64,000 bases of DNA from Malacoraja senta. Lineage: Eukaryota. Position 1 is the stretch's first letter, and every line of letters begins with the position of its first letter. Below, in pieces: positions 53,263 to 64,000 of the stretch. Where the stretch lies: positions 14,260,001 to 14,324,000 of the forward strand of contig CM075987.1 in assembly GCA_038087875.1 (NCBI GenBank), read 5' to 3'. Position numbers and translations under genes: made by a program. The notes beneath the pieces were generated by a model. The model made no database searches, was not told the origin of the DNA, and worked only from the letters and a program-made list of their open reading frames with translations.

Positions 53263-54144
53263 TGGGCCTGTCCCACTTAGGCAATTTTACAGACACATAC
53301 CGCGATGAACAGGAAGGTTGGCGCTGTAATTAAGACGGTGAAAGCACAGTGTACGGGAAGGGTCACGCAAGTCCTTTAAAAGAGGGGGGAGGGGTTTTAG
53401 TTTAGGGGGGTTTTGTTTTTTCTTTTTCTTTTTGTCTTTTTGTCTTTGCTTTTTTTTTACATTTATAAGTTTCCTTTTAAAGATTTAACTTTAATTACAT
53501 AGGTCTATATTCATTGTGTATTTTGACACTGGTTTCATATTAGGTTATACCTGTTATTAATGTAATCCTGATCCCTATGTATCAATACCATTGTTATGTT
53601 TATCATTATTCTTTTTGCTCTGTTTTATGTTTTATTTTTGTTTTTGTTTTTTGGAAAAAAAACAATAAAAATATATATATTTTTTTTAAGAGGGGGGAGG
53701 GGTGGAGAAGGGGGGAGAATGGAGTGGAGACAACTTTTAATAAGCCAGAGATACACGGCTGTGAAGCTCCAGTCGGTTATCCTTGGTTCTGAAAACTACT
53801 GCTTACGTTTTTTTTCCCCAATGAGCCAATGAAATTCACCGGTCAGCGCCGGCTACAACCTAGGAGAACCTACGACCTCCTGGCTACCCACTACCACTGC
53901 ACCTACGGCACGAGAATTCTCGCTACTCTCCATGGCGGCTTCATTCTGGTCACCGCTAATTTTTCAACATGTTGAAAAATTTGCAGCGACCATAATGAGG
54001 CCGCAACCAGTTCTCAGAATGCGGGAACTCCTCATGACCATGAAGGCAACTACCTGACAACCATCCGCGAACATGTGGTAACCATGTGGCGACCGCATAG
54101 TCTCCTGCAGTCGCCTAAAAAGTCGCCCAAGTCGGACAGGCCCA
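53263..54144. mobile_element. PIF/Harbinger-type non-autonomous element
   Basis: TIR TGGGCCTGTCC(C/G)ACTT(A/G)GGC; TTA duplication at 53260-62 and 54145-47. Confidence 0.8.
53396..53687 (+). mobile_element. L1-like 3' UTR fragment with 16-bp TSD
   Basis: TSD AAGAGGGGGGAGGGGT (53380-95, 53688-703); T-rich body, AATAAA, decayed tail; TT/AAAA site. Confidence 0.7.
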
Positions 54145-55513
54145 TTAGCCTAACCAACACCCTATAAAGCCGCATTATGACTTCCTAACTTTTATACTCA
54201 AAACCCCAACCTATGAAAGCAAGCATACCAAGGGGCGTCTTTACCACTGTATCTACTTTAGTTGCCACTTTCAGGGGGTTATGGATTTGGATCCCAAGAT
54301 CAGATTGTTATGCCAGAAGCAAAAACTGTTTGAGTACTTTATCATATTATATACCACAGCCTTCAGCAATTTTGCCCCATCATGCCTCATTCCTCCACCA
54401 GGGGTAGAGCTCAATGGAAACAATCCTTTCGGTATCTTACTCATCTTTTACTTTTGTATGAACAAATGGTTCTAGAAGGTTGCAAAGCAGCTGAGCAGAT
54501 TTTGAAATGCTTCCAAATTAATGTATCTGCCAGCAAAGGACAATTTACAAATTGCAACCGTGGTAGAGTCTCATTCCACCGTACCTTCCAGGGCTTTGCA
54601 ACCAATAAGAGTTTGACCTCTTATAATATCGGTCACAAAACAAGTATTGCACTTACTGAGCAGACTTCTACCTTTATTAGAATCCTTGTTCTCTCCTTTC
54701 CTATCTATTTCCAATTTTGGTGAAAAATCATCAACCTGAAACATTAACTGTTTTTCTCTCTCCAAATACACTGAACTACTGAATATTCCCAACATTTTCT
54801 CTTTTTATTTCAGTGCAACAGTATTACATTGTAGGACAAATTCATTATTATGTTAGGTGTTCCTGGTACAATGAGAAACCATGTGCCTCAATACAATTAA
54901 GCAAAAAACTTAGGAGAAAAAGTTGAGTTTTCCCCCAAATTTATAAATGATGCTTAGATAAAGCATAATAGAAGCTAAACATTAAGCTTCACATAATTTC
55001 AAATAAAGGTAAGAAAAAAATCTGTCTATTAACAGATATACCACTGAATACAGATTGTCAACCCTCATTTATACAGCCATAACAACAATTTTTATTTATT
55101 TTGGGGGGGATCTGTGCATTGCTGGCAGGGGAAGCATTTATTGCTCATTCCTAACTGCCCTTGAGAGGTTGAAGCAAGAACCACTGCAGTCTCTGGTGAA
55201 GTGCTCCTGCAGCACGACGGTACCTGATATCAATTCTAAGTAACTTCCCCAACGCAATATTTCATTTTGCTTGTAATTTTCCCACAATGTGAAATACTTG
55301 TAAAAGCCCAGCACAGGATGATTTGCTCTCCATCTTTTAGTAAAACCTGACAGGGCACATCACAAAGGTGTATATGAAATAGAGTTTTGCCCACAAATAA
55401 GAAAAACTCAAACATAATTGACAGCTGCTAAAAAAGCACACTGACGAGCTTTAAAAAATATATTTTTTGCAACAAAATTACTTTTGCACTATCGCCAACA
55501 GCTAAGTAAACAT

Positions 55514-55545
55514 GTCTGAAGAAGGGTCTCGACCCGAAATGTCAC
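55514..55545 (+). ncRNA. Minimal hammerhead ribozyme motif (best-preserved copy)
   Basis: CTGAAGA (55516-22), GGGTC-TC-GACCC stem II, GAAA (55536-39), GTC (55541-43); activity not shown. Confidence 0.6.
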
Positions 55546-55608
55546 CCATTCCTTCTCTCCAGAGATGCTGCCTGTCCCGCTGGGTTACTCCAGCTTTTTA
55601 TGTCTATC
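55514..55608 (+). mobile_element. Penelope-derived terminal repeat
   Basis: Family sequence. Confidence 0.75.
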
Positions 55609-56069
55609 ATCTGAATAAGATTTAGCTGTTCAGACCAGGAAACACCCGCATGCAGTTACAATGCTCTACCAAGGAACCGCATCTCCCCAAGGGCATCATC
55701 ATTTTGTTTAGGATCTCCAATAATGTTTTGCGAGGATATCTGGCAAGCAAATCAGGTCAAATAGTCTACTGACAATCAAAGCCGAGGCTCTTGCATTAAA
55801 AAATACCAGATTATATACTGGAAAGTTGCCAATATTTGTGGAATTATACAGCAAGTGTCAGTCTTTGGCAATATCAAAAATTACTCTTGGTAAAGTCAAC
55901 GGTGTTTCATTGCTATGAAAATAATCCTCAATTTCAATTGTGAATAAACCAACAGAAGCCATTTCAATATCCTGCGAAATGGAGTAACTTGTAGCTGTTG
56001 TCTAATTTTCATCCATCATTATAGATTGGCATCCATTTTTGGTATGGTCAAGCTTCCATAATCTCTTAC

Positions 56070-56201
56070 CTCTCCCTGCATGTTCAGAACAACATTCACA
56101 GTTGCAAGAAGAGTTCCAAATGATGGAGCAACGTCAGAATCAAATGCTGGAGTTGTAAAGCTCAAAACAAAGAGCATATCATATTCTGCCAGGTCCAAGG
56201 A
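56070..56201 (-). CDS. NUP188: NUP188 exon (SLDLAEYDMLFVLSFTTPAFDSDVAPSFGTLLATVNVVLNMQGE)
   Basis: AG/GT, phase 0/0. Confidence 0.95.
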
Positions 56202-57240
56202 CTGTAGGGACAAATAAATTAGTTCAGAATGGGAGTTCAGAAGGTGATATCTATTCTGTTCACATATAAAAGTAAGCTATTGCCCAGCAGAATCAAGACT
56301 TCAACCTTATAATAATTCTCAACACACAAAACATCCACCATCTAAATGCCAAGTCGAGAAATGTCAAACTACATAAATAATTACGAAAATTCAACACGTA
56401 GGGTATATTTGTCACTGTAATGGAACTAGCACATCTTGACCAGGCTTTTGGGGATGCCAAAAAACTACATGGAACTTGGTATTTCCTCAAAGCTGCAATG
56501 AATGAAAGGAATGAAAGTCAAAGGAATGAACAACAACAATTGAAGAATATGGCAATTACATCTAGCCATAAAGTGTTTTGAAGAGAAAATTATTTGTTTT
56601 TAATGTGATTTTAAATTGCAGCTGGATTAAATTGATGAATGGGTTCTGATTCTTCCTCGCATCCTCAAAGTTCATAGCACTGATTTAAATGTAGTGCAAC
56701 ACTAGAGGTGCAGCTGAAGTGAGACTGATTAACTGGAGCTGCGTCATAGTACATAAAAGTAGCTTCTTATAATCTACATGTATTATGCTTTAAATTAATG
56801 AAAAGTGCATTGATTGGATATAAAAGCCAAAGCATTAATGTTTAAGAAGGAACTGCAGAGACTAAACTTAATGCCAAAGCATTAAGTTTAGTATGGATGT
56901 GGTAGGCTGAAGGGTCTATTTCTGTGCCATACACCAGTTAGCACAAAAATTACTGGATCTATATCTGGGGCAAAAGGTGTTAAGAAGCCCATCTCATTCC
57001 TTCCCATCTCCTCTTTCCACTTTTAAGTCAGATGCAGTGTCTTGACCTGAGACGTTGACAATTCCTACCCACTCCAACCTCCCCTGCCCTCCCTTACCCC
57101 CCCCCCCCCCACCCTACGTTGACACAATGAGTTTCTCCAGCAGTTTGTCTTTTGCTCCAGATTTCAGCATCTGCAATCTCTTATACCTGCATCCATCCTT
57201 ATTGTTTCATACCAAATATGCATAGGCAACAACTATTTAC

Positions 57241-57450
57241 CTGGTCTAGCAATATCTGGCATAGATCTGGGGTAAAGTGTCGAATAGCTGCCAATGTTTT
57301 GCTCAGAATTCGGAGCAGACTGGATTGGACTTTTAGCACTGCACGCTGTTCCATCTCATCTCTTTCTATGTCCTGCTGTTTTTTGGGTGTCTGAGCAGGT
57401 TTTGACTGCCGAGGTACAATTGCAGGTGGAATTGTATCTCCATTCTTCAC
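57241..57450 (-). CDS. NUP188: NUP188 exon (VKNGD...ILSKTLAAIRHFTPDLCQILLDQ)
   Basis: AG/GT, phase 0/0. Confidence 0.95.
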
Positions 57451-57888
57451 CTGTGAAATAGAATACAATCATATTTGATGTCATTATCGTACAGGCTTTC
57501 CTATAGATTCGCCTCAAAGCCAAAGTCATCTACATCGGCAGTGTAGAAATGGAGTCACTCTGCTGTCCGTTACCAATTGATCTGATTCAACCTCCAAATG
57601 CTTGCTGAGAACAGAAATTTAAAGAGCCTTTTGTTTTGAAAAGATATTCCAAATAGATCAAAGACAATTAATTCAAAACACTGCTTCATGCAACATTTCC
57701 AGCATACACTATATCGAGTTTTGTTGGAAAGCATCTGTCAAATGTATGCCACAAATCATCTTTATCATGAGCCAGTTTTGGTAAAGAAATACAACTTCTT
57801 TCTGTTTTGTACAAACCCAGTATTTTGTACAAAAGCAGCTTTCCAGCAGAGTATCTTATCTGAATTTATGATTTAAATGCTCGAACTA

Positions 57889-58283
57889 CATGTCCACCAC
57901 CGATTTCCAAGCACCCTTGGTTTCAGAACCTTGCCGGATTATCCATTTTGCCAGAACAGCAGAGGTCAGGTCCTCCGAGAGGAGTCAAACTGTACAGGAG
58001 CAGTCTGCCTAGGTCACCGGGGGCCGAGATACCAGCCCGCAAAGTCAGTCTCGGAAGTCGGCTGTGGGAACGGAATTGTCGGCTCCAGCCAGGCCAGAGT
58101 TCCAGTGCCCCGGTAGCAGGGGACAAATTTGGCCCACCGATCAGCCGTGGAAGTCGCCTATGGACAGGCTGGAGTTCCAGAGCCCAGACCGCAGGGGGGC
58201 AAACTCGACCCTCTGATCGGAATTTTTTCCAGATTAAAAGAGGAGTCGGACCACCAGTTGCCAGAAAATCGGCGGTGGACCTG
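57889..58283. mobile_element. TcMar (Tigger/pogo-like) MITE
   Basis: TA flanks; TIR CA(T/G)GTCCACC(A/G)CCGATTT. Confidence 0.75.
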
Positions 58284-58459
58284 TATTACTCGAATGCACA
58301 GATTACATAATACAGTAAATCATTTATTGACAATTTATTAGAAGTATCTCCACTGCCTTAAATATCAATAATAGAGCACTTGAAAAGCTTGCTTAACACT
58401 TGTAATATTGAACATCTTAATGGACAAAACCCATTTCAAAGGAACAACTTTATACTGAC

Positions 58460-58534
58460 CTGCAGATAGTGTTGAAGCACTTTGGGGCTATGTAGCAGAA
58501 AGGTACATGTCTGGCAGAGGTAACACAGATTTAC
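58460..58534 (-). CDS. NUP188: NUP188 exon (VNLCYLCQTCTFLLHSPKVLQHYLQ)
   Basis: AG/GT, phase 0/0. Confidence 0.93.
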
Positions 58535-58749
58535 CTGCAAAACACAGAACAATCAAGGTCCTCAATGAGACGTGAAGACTGGGAACTTGGGATAGTTAAT
58601 GGAGCTATCTTGAGGACAGTTTGCATAACAGTCGTGGAGATGCTGAACGTTCTAAGGCGTATGACGATAGATAAATCTCACGGCCCGGATCAGATATATC
58701 CGAGGACACAATGGGAAGCTAGAGAAGAAGTTGCAGACGCCCCAGGAGA

Positions 58750-59565
58750 CATCATACTTGTCCTTATACTTCCTCCATCGACTGCATCCAGGGACCTCTT
58801 TCAGGTTAGACAGTTCACATGTACCTCCTCTAACCTCATCTACTGCATCCGGTGTATAGGAAGAAACTGCAGATGCTGGTTTACACCATAGACACAAAAT
58901 GCTGGAGTAACTCAGTGAGTCAACCGAAGATACACAAAATGCTGGAGTAACTCGAACATTTTGTGTCTATCTTCTACTGTATCCTGTGTTCCTGATGTGG
59001 GCTCCTGTACATCGGCGAGACCAAACGTAGACTCGGCGACCATTTTGCTGAACACTTACACTCGGTTCTCCTAGGGCTATGGGATCTCCCGGTTACCAAC
59101 CATTTCAATCCCCTTCCCATTCTGACCTTTCCGTCCTGGGTCTCCTCCTTTGCCAAAGTGAGGTCACAGGCAAATTGGAAGAGTACCTCATATTTCATTT
59201 GGGTAGCTTATAACACAGCGGTATAAATATTGAATTGTTTAATTTTAAGTAACTTCTACTTGCTCTCCTCTCTTCTTCCCCCCCCACCCCACCCCACCCC
59301 ACCCCCCTTCCTCCACCCCAGTCATTTTACCTGTTCCAGTTCTCCACATTATTTTCCTCTTGAAATCACACCTTCACTAGCCAACAATGGGCTTACCAGG
59401 TACCCCCACCCTGCAGGATATCATTTGTGGCTGGCCTTCCCTCACCTCCAGCTCTTCACCACCCACCCACCTCCTGTCTGAAGAAGGGTTCTCAACTAAT
59501 ATGTCACCTATCCTTTTTCCCCAGAGATGCTGCCTGACCTGTTGAGTTACTCCAGCACTTTTAGT
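58750..59565 (+). mobile_element. Penelope-like 3' fragment (GIY-YIG + terminal repeat) with a nested terminal-repeat insertion
   Basis: FTCTSSNLIYCIRC / CGLLYIGETKRRLGDHFAEHL, split by an insert at about 58857-58972 with an imperfect 17-bp duplication. Confidence 0.8.
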
Positions 59566-59569
59566 GCTT

Positions 59570-59822
59570 GTCACAGCACCACAGATCCAGATTCATTCCT
59601 GATCTCAGATGCTATTTGTATGGAGTTTGCATGTTCTCCCTATGACCATGAGAGTTTCCACCCACATCCCATTGACATGCTGGTTTGTAGGTTAACTGCC
59701 TCTCTCTTGCCCCTCGTGTGTAGGAAATGAATAAGACAGTGGGATAACATAGAAGTAGTATAAACAGGTGATCGTTGGTCAATGTGGACTCAGTGGGTTA
59801 AAGAGCCTGATTTCACCTGTTC
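59570..59822 (+). mobile_element. V-SINE (HE1-like), degenerate
   Basis: tgtatggagtttgcatgttctccc core; CR1-like tail. Confidence 0.65.
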
Positions 59823-59852
59823 AAGATTATATTTTTTCTATGTGAAGAATAC

Positions 59853-59990
59853 CTGCACATCGCTAAGCAGCTGCGGCAGGTGAAACCGCCACTCTTTGAT
59901 GAAGTTGGAAAGTTGAAGAATAAATCCAACAGTATGATCAACTTCATCGAGACAAGCCAAGCTCTGCACCTTTCGAACTGCATCCAAGCA
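59853..59990 (-). CDS. NUP188: NUP188 exon (CLDAVRKVQSLACLDEVDHTVGFILQLSNFIKEWRFHLPQLLSDVQ)
   Basis: AG/GT, phase 0/0. Confidence 0.95.
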
Positions 59991-60031
59991 CTATAAGAGA
60001 ATGGACAAAGATAATAACATATATTTTGTGG

Positions 60032-60116
60032 TTAAGAAAGAACTGGAAAAATCGAAGGTAGACAAAAAAATGCTGGAGAAACTCAGCAGGTGAGGCAGCA
60101 TCTATGGAGAGAAGGA
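60032..60116 (-). mobile_element. Penelope-derived end fragment with 13-bp TSD
   Basis: ATATATTTTGTGG at 60019-31 and 60117-29. Confidence 0.75.
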
Positions 60117-60790
60117 ATATATTTTGTGGCACCTAACATCAACATACCACATTTGACATGATCAAATCATAAATTTATGGCACAGAAGATAATATTTGGC
60201 CTGTTTAAGAGGGAATTGCAGATGCTGGAAAAATCTAAAGTATTCGGAGAGAGGAGAACTTCTTCAAAGTAGACATATATCAGGAGGGTCTCGACCCGGA
60301 ACATCGCCTACTCCTTTTCTCCATAGATGCTGCCTCACCCGCTGAGTTTTTGTCTACTTATGATATTGTATTTTTTGTCTACTTATGATAATTAGCCTAT
60401 AATTTCTATCTTCCATCATTTAAAAAAAACTGCAAGCATATACATTTATTTGTTATGTTCCTCAATTGTGACGGTAAGATGATTCAACATTTGAATGTTT
60501 CCATAATTTTCAGACCTGATCCTGGACAGCCTGGCATTAATAAATCCTTGGTAAGGTAAAATATTCTGGAATATACAACATTAAATTAATGGAGAAACTC
60601 AGCGGGTCAGGTAGCATCTGTAGAGGGACCTGCCGAGCTTTTCCAGCATTTCGTGTTTTGCTCAAAATTCCATCATCTGCAGTTCTTTGTGGCTCCATTG
60701 AATTATTGATATTTTTCTGTAAAGTGCACCATCTAGTGGTCAGGAAGCAATGTTCTAAATCCCATCTGATTTCTGGCAAGTGGACTGGAG

Positions 60791-61425
60791 CAGGCTGGGG
60801 AACCTTTTCCAACCTTTTCATGTTGGAACGCCGCATTAAGTTAGCTGTAATCTAATAAGGCCCCATCCAAGAAACTTCAATTAGATATACTTCAAAATGT
60901 ACATTATTTTGTAAAATTTTGTGACATGATGGGCTGTTAAGCAGACAGAATTTTTTTTAAAGTCAAACAAATATGCTCTTTAACTACTCAAATTTGACTT
61001 CAAACGGAAAGCCGCGTGCACCGCTATCAAAAGTTGATAATACTGAAGACTAGACAGCCAACGGACTCTCCCCGACATTTTCCCTCTCGTCAACCAGCCT
61101 CAGGCGGTGGTGGCGCCAGTCAGGCAGAGAGGTTAACGTACATTCTAGAGTCGCATTAGAACTAAATCATGAGCATAACAGGTGTTAAAATAGCCCTCAT
61201 GACTTACTAATGTTTTAATTGTGGCAGTCAGTCGGAGAGGATTATTTCGTTGAATCTTCTTTTACTCTTTGGTATTTTAAATACGTTCATTTTAAGATTT
61301 AAATAAAAAATAAAAGATGAACAAAAACATATTAATAAAAATTAAAAGGATTTGTTCTACAAAATTTGGATTCATTCAAAAGGCCGCACTTAATGGCCTA
61401 GAAGGCCGCAGGTTCCCCACCCCTG
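60791..61425. mobile_element. hAT (Charlie-like) MITE
   Basis: 8-bp TSD GACTGGAG (60783-90, 61426-33); TIR CAGG(G)(G/C)TGGGGAACC. Confidence 0.85.
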
Positions 61426-61715
61426 GACTGGAGTAACAAGCGCTGACTTGAGTGGGCTAACATTTATGACACAGGAACTTATTATCAAGTCTCAACAAAA
61501 CTGAAAAGGGAAGCATTCACCAGGAAAATTATTTAATAACTTTATTTAGACATTAACAACTTTCAAGTAATTATGGATCTGCAGATGTATGAACTACTTC
61601 AATTACCCATCCCCTTCAAACACAAACAAATTAAAATGTTCATTTGTAGAATGGATCTTATATTTTATTAAAGTGCAGGTTAAATTTTAAAAGCATCAAA
61701 AAACTTTGACCCTAC

Positions 61716-61874
61716 CTGAAGTATCCGCTCCTGATGGACTCCAACAAAGTCTAATGCTTCTGTGAGGAAGTTGTAGCGTAGCGACTTTAAAAGTCTTTCC
61801 ATCAATGACATAGTGAGCCTATAAACTCCTGGCCAGGATGGAGCATCCAGAGATTTTCGGGAAGATCCCAAAGT
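61716..61874 (-). CDS. NUP188: NUP188 exon (TLGSSRKSLDAPSWPGVYRL...HQERILQ)
   Basis: AG/GT, phase 0/0. Confidence 0.96.
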
Positions 61875-62520
61875 CTGAAATATAAAAAGAAAAGGAACGA
61901 TATTGAGGAGATTAAATACCATTAGGTTCTTTACTTGACAAATCATGTAAGTATCACATCTAAAAGGAAAATACTACTGAAACAGGACATCTAATAACAC
62001 ACATCATAAAGGTTTCAGTCTGTTTGTAAAAGCAAGTTTGCTTCTCAGAACCTTAAGATTGATTTCAATTTATAAGCACATCTGATCCATTTACACCAAA
62101 GATTTGAGACGTCAACATGTAACGCGAGTTATAAACTGATTGACACTCAGCATTTTCCAGTGACACACATATTTTAGTTTCTTGCATTATGTTGAAAACA
62201 TAATTTTTATTACAATTCTACGATAGCTGCTGGACCAAAAACATCTATTTGATTCAAATCAACTCACTTGAAAGGAAAAAAATGGTCATAGAAAATTATG
62301 AAGAAACAGCAGAGATTATAAAATTAGAAGTTAAAATTGTCAAATTTAATATCCATTTAGAAATCACCTGTTACAATTTTCAGTTTGAACAAAGTATATT
62401 ATAAAGCACTGGGACCAGAATTATAATGGATTGTACAAGTGATAAAATGACCAAGTTGATCCTGAACAATAATTTAGCCATCAAACTAGGACCACCCAGA
62501 AAACATGCAATCTAATCCAA

Positions 62521-62698
62521 AAAATAAACTTCTGTAGGAAGTCAGTGGGTCAGGCAGCGTCTGTGGAGAGAATATACAATGTTTCGGTTCAAGACCCTTC
62601 TTTAGACCTGACTTAAGATTCACTCAGCTCCACCAGAGGTTTGTATTTTGTATTTTTTCTCCGGGTTCCAGAATCTGCAGTGTTTTGTGTCTCCGTAT
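62521..62698. mobile_element. Penelope-derived inverted pair with 12-bp flanking repeat
   Basis: AATCTAATCCAA on both sides. Confidence 0.65.
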
Positions 62699-63010
62699 AA
62701 TCTAATCCAACAAATTAGAATTAATTTGCTTCCCTTCACAACCAACAATCACTTTCCCAAAAGACCTACTAGTAACTGTGAAGTATTTAGCTTCCTCTAG
62801 TTTTCTCTAATATCCTCATTCTTGATGATACCTGAACACATTTCCTAATAAAGCTCTCAAAATTGGAGATGTTCATAAAATATCAGGGTTTATTTCAAAC
62901 AAGACCTTTGTGCATTTATATTTTGCAGACGTTGACTCTACAGGACACCCTAATGGATTACAATGAAACAACTCTCATCAGTCCTTGTAACAGTGATTGT
63001 ATTACAGTAC

Positions 63011-63103
63011 CTGAGTGGTGCCATTGGCACTGAGCTGATAAACACTGAGAAGTGGCAGACAAATGCTCGGCAGGACACCAGCTCCTCCCACTGCAGTTGC
63101 TCC
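63011..63103 (-). CDS. NUP188: NUP188 exon (GATAVGGAGVLPSICLPLLSVYQLSANGTTQ)
   Basis: AG/GT, phase 0/0. Confidence 0.94.
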
Positions 63104-63507
63104 CTGAAAGTCACAAAAATATGGGATTTAACATAACCACGTTTTTCCCAAAGTTACAAGCACCTTTAACTGGATTTTTGAGTTTATGTATATCATTAAC
63201 TTAAAACATTCACACTTTTGGAAAATAAGACATTTTCATGCCAACATATCTACAATAAGGGCCATGATATTTTATTGAAGGCTTGAAAGAGCTTGATTTT
63301 ACTTTGATTGTACTTGTCAATGTATGGACATTTCTAAAGCAAATATTGTGCACAATAACAGCTTGAAATTAAAGTTGAAGCTCCAGAACAGTGGACTCCT
63401 TTTGCATTTAATTGTACAGCATTCAGAACTATCCTGTAGAACACCCAAATTTAATTTTGTGTTAAAATAATGGGAAACAGTAAAAAGAGTGAGGACAAAG
63501 CCATCAT

Positions 63508-63710
63508 CATTGCATATATATGGACCAAGCTGCTAGACAAAGTGGTGGAGGCAGGTACAATTTTAAAAAAGACATCTGGATATGTACATGGAAAGGAAAG
63601 GTTTAAAGGGGGATATGGGGCAAATGCAGGCAAATAGTATTAGTTTAAATGGGCATTTTGGTCAACATGTACAAATTGGGCCGAAGGGCCTGTTTGCATA
63701 GTGTATGACA
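63508..63710 (+). mobile_element. CR1 3' fragment
   Basis: Homologous to 17060-17250. Confidence 0.75.
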
Positions 63711-64000
63711 ATTATTAATATGGAAGACTATACTAAAGACAAAAGAGGAATATTTGATTTTTATATTTAAAGAGTCACAGATCTATAGCAAATATTTGAT
63801 TCAGTCACAGGAATCCAATTCCCTTTTCAAATTTTTTTTTAAACAGAAAAGACAGACCTGTAAATCCATGAGTTAATAAATTTGTTACTAGCATGCAACA
63901 ATTGTGGAAATGGACACATATTCCAAAAAGATTTGCAGATATCCTTGAGGAAGGACATCCTTGTGAATGAGACAGTGCAGCGTAGGTTCACGAGATTGAT

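Larger units (their letters stand above)
52795..54310 (-). mobile_element. Old CR1 3' relic interrupted by a Harbinger MITE
   Basis: CR1-like sequence continues across 53262/54145. Confidence 0.65.
44152..63103 (-). other. NUP188: NUP188 gene span in window (3' nine exons)
   Basis: Spliced exons give SRKSLDAPSWPGVYRL...QEPLIQLVQAFVRQIQR*, recognised as the nucleoporin NUP188 C-terminus. Confidence 0.96.

Noticed and set aside
58525-58540. AG|GTAAAT recursive-splice-like site at the start of a NUP188 exon
   Set aside because: Explained by the conserved Val codon; the flanking introns are short

Overview
Vertebrate genomic DNA. The repeat landscape (HE1/V-SINE-like SINEs, abundant CR1, Penelope-derived repeats) suggests a cartilaginous fish, probably a skate or ray; this is inference. 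Two multi-exon genes converge tail-to-tail. On + is the 3' half of RAPGEF1 (C3G; 15 exons plus a candidate 24-nt microexon, 4813-34482). On - is the 3' end of NUP188 (9 exons, 63103-44152). All exon phases were checked by hand and join into open frames. One RAPGEF1 intron is a U12-type AT-AC intron (18942-19117). The introns contain many transposons: Rex1/Babar, CR1 (one near-intact ORF2), L1 3' ends with TSDs, Penelope-like elements, two Tc1 elements, and hAT, Harbinger and TcMar MITEs, several of them nested. The most notable non-obvious signals are: (1) the common Penelope-derived repeat carries a minimal hammerhead-ribozyme motif with a covarying stem II; (2) a candidate RAPGEF1 microexon; (3) a candidate alternative or duplicated terminal exon of NUP188 whose poly(A) signal would overlap the RAPGEF1 3' end; (4) small templated-insertion and fold-back scars. 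Most short ORFs in the supplied track are spurious or TE-derived. There is a 200-N gap at 3291-3490. No prokaryotic-type systems were seen, and nothing here can be called new without database searches.
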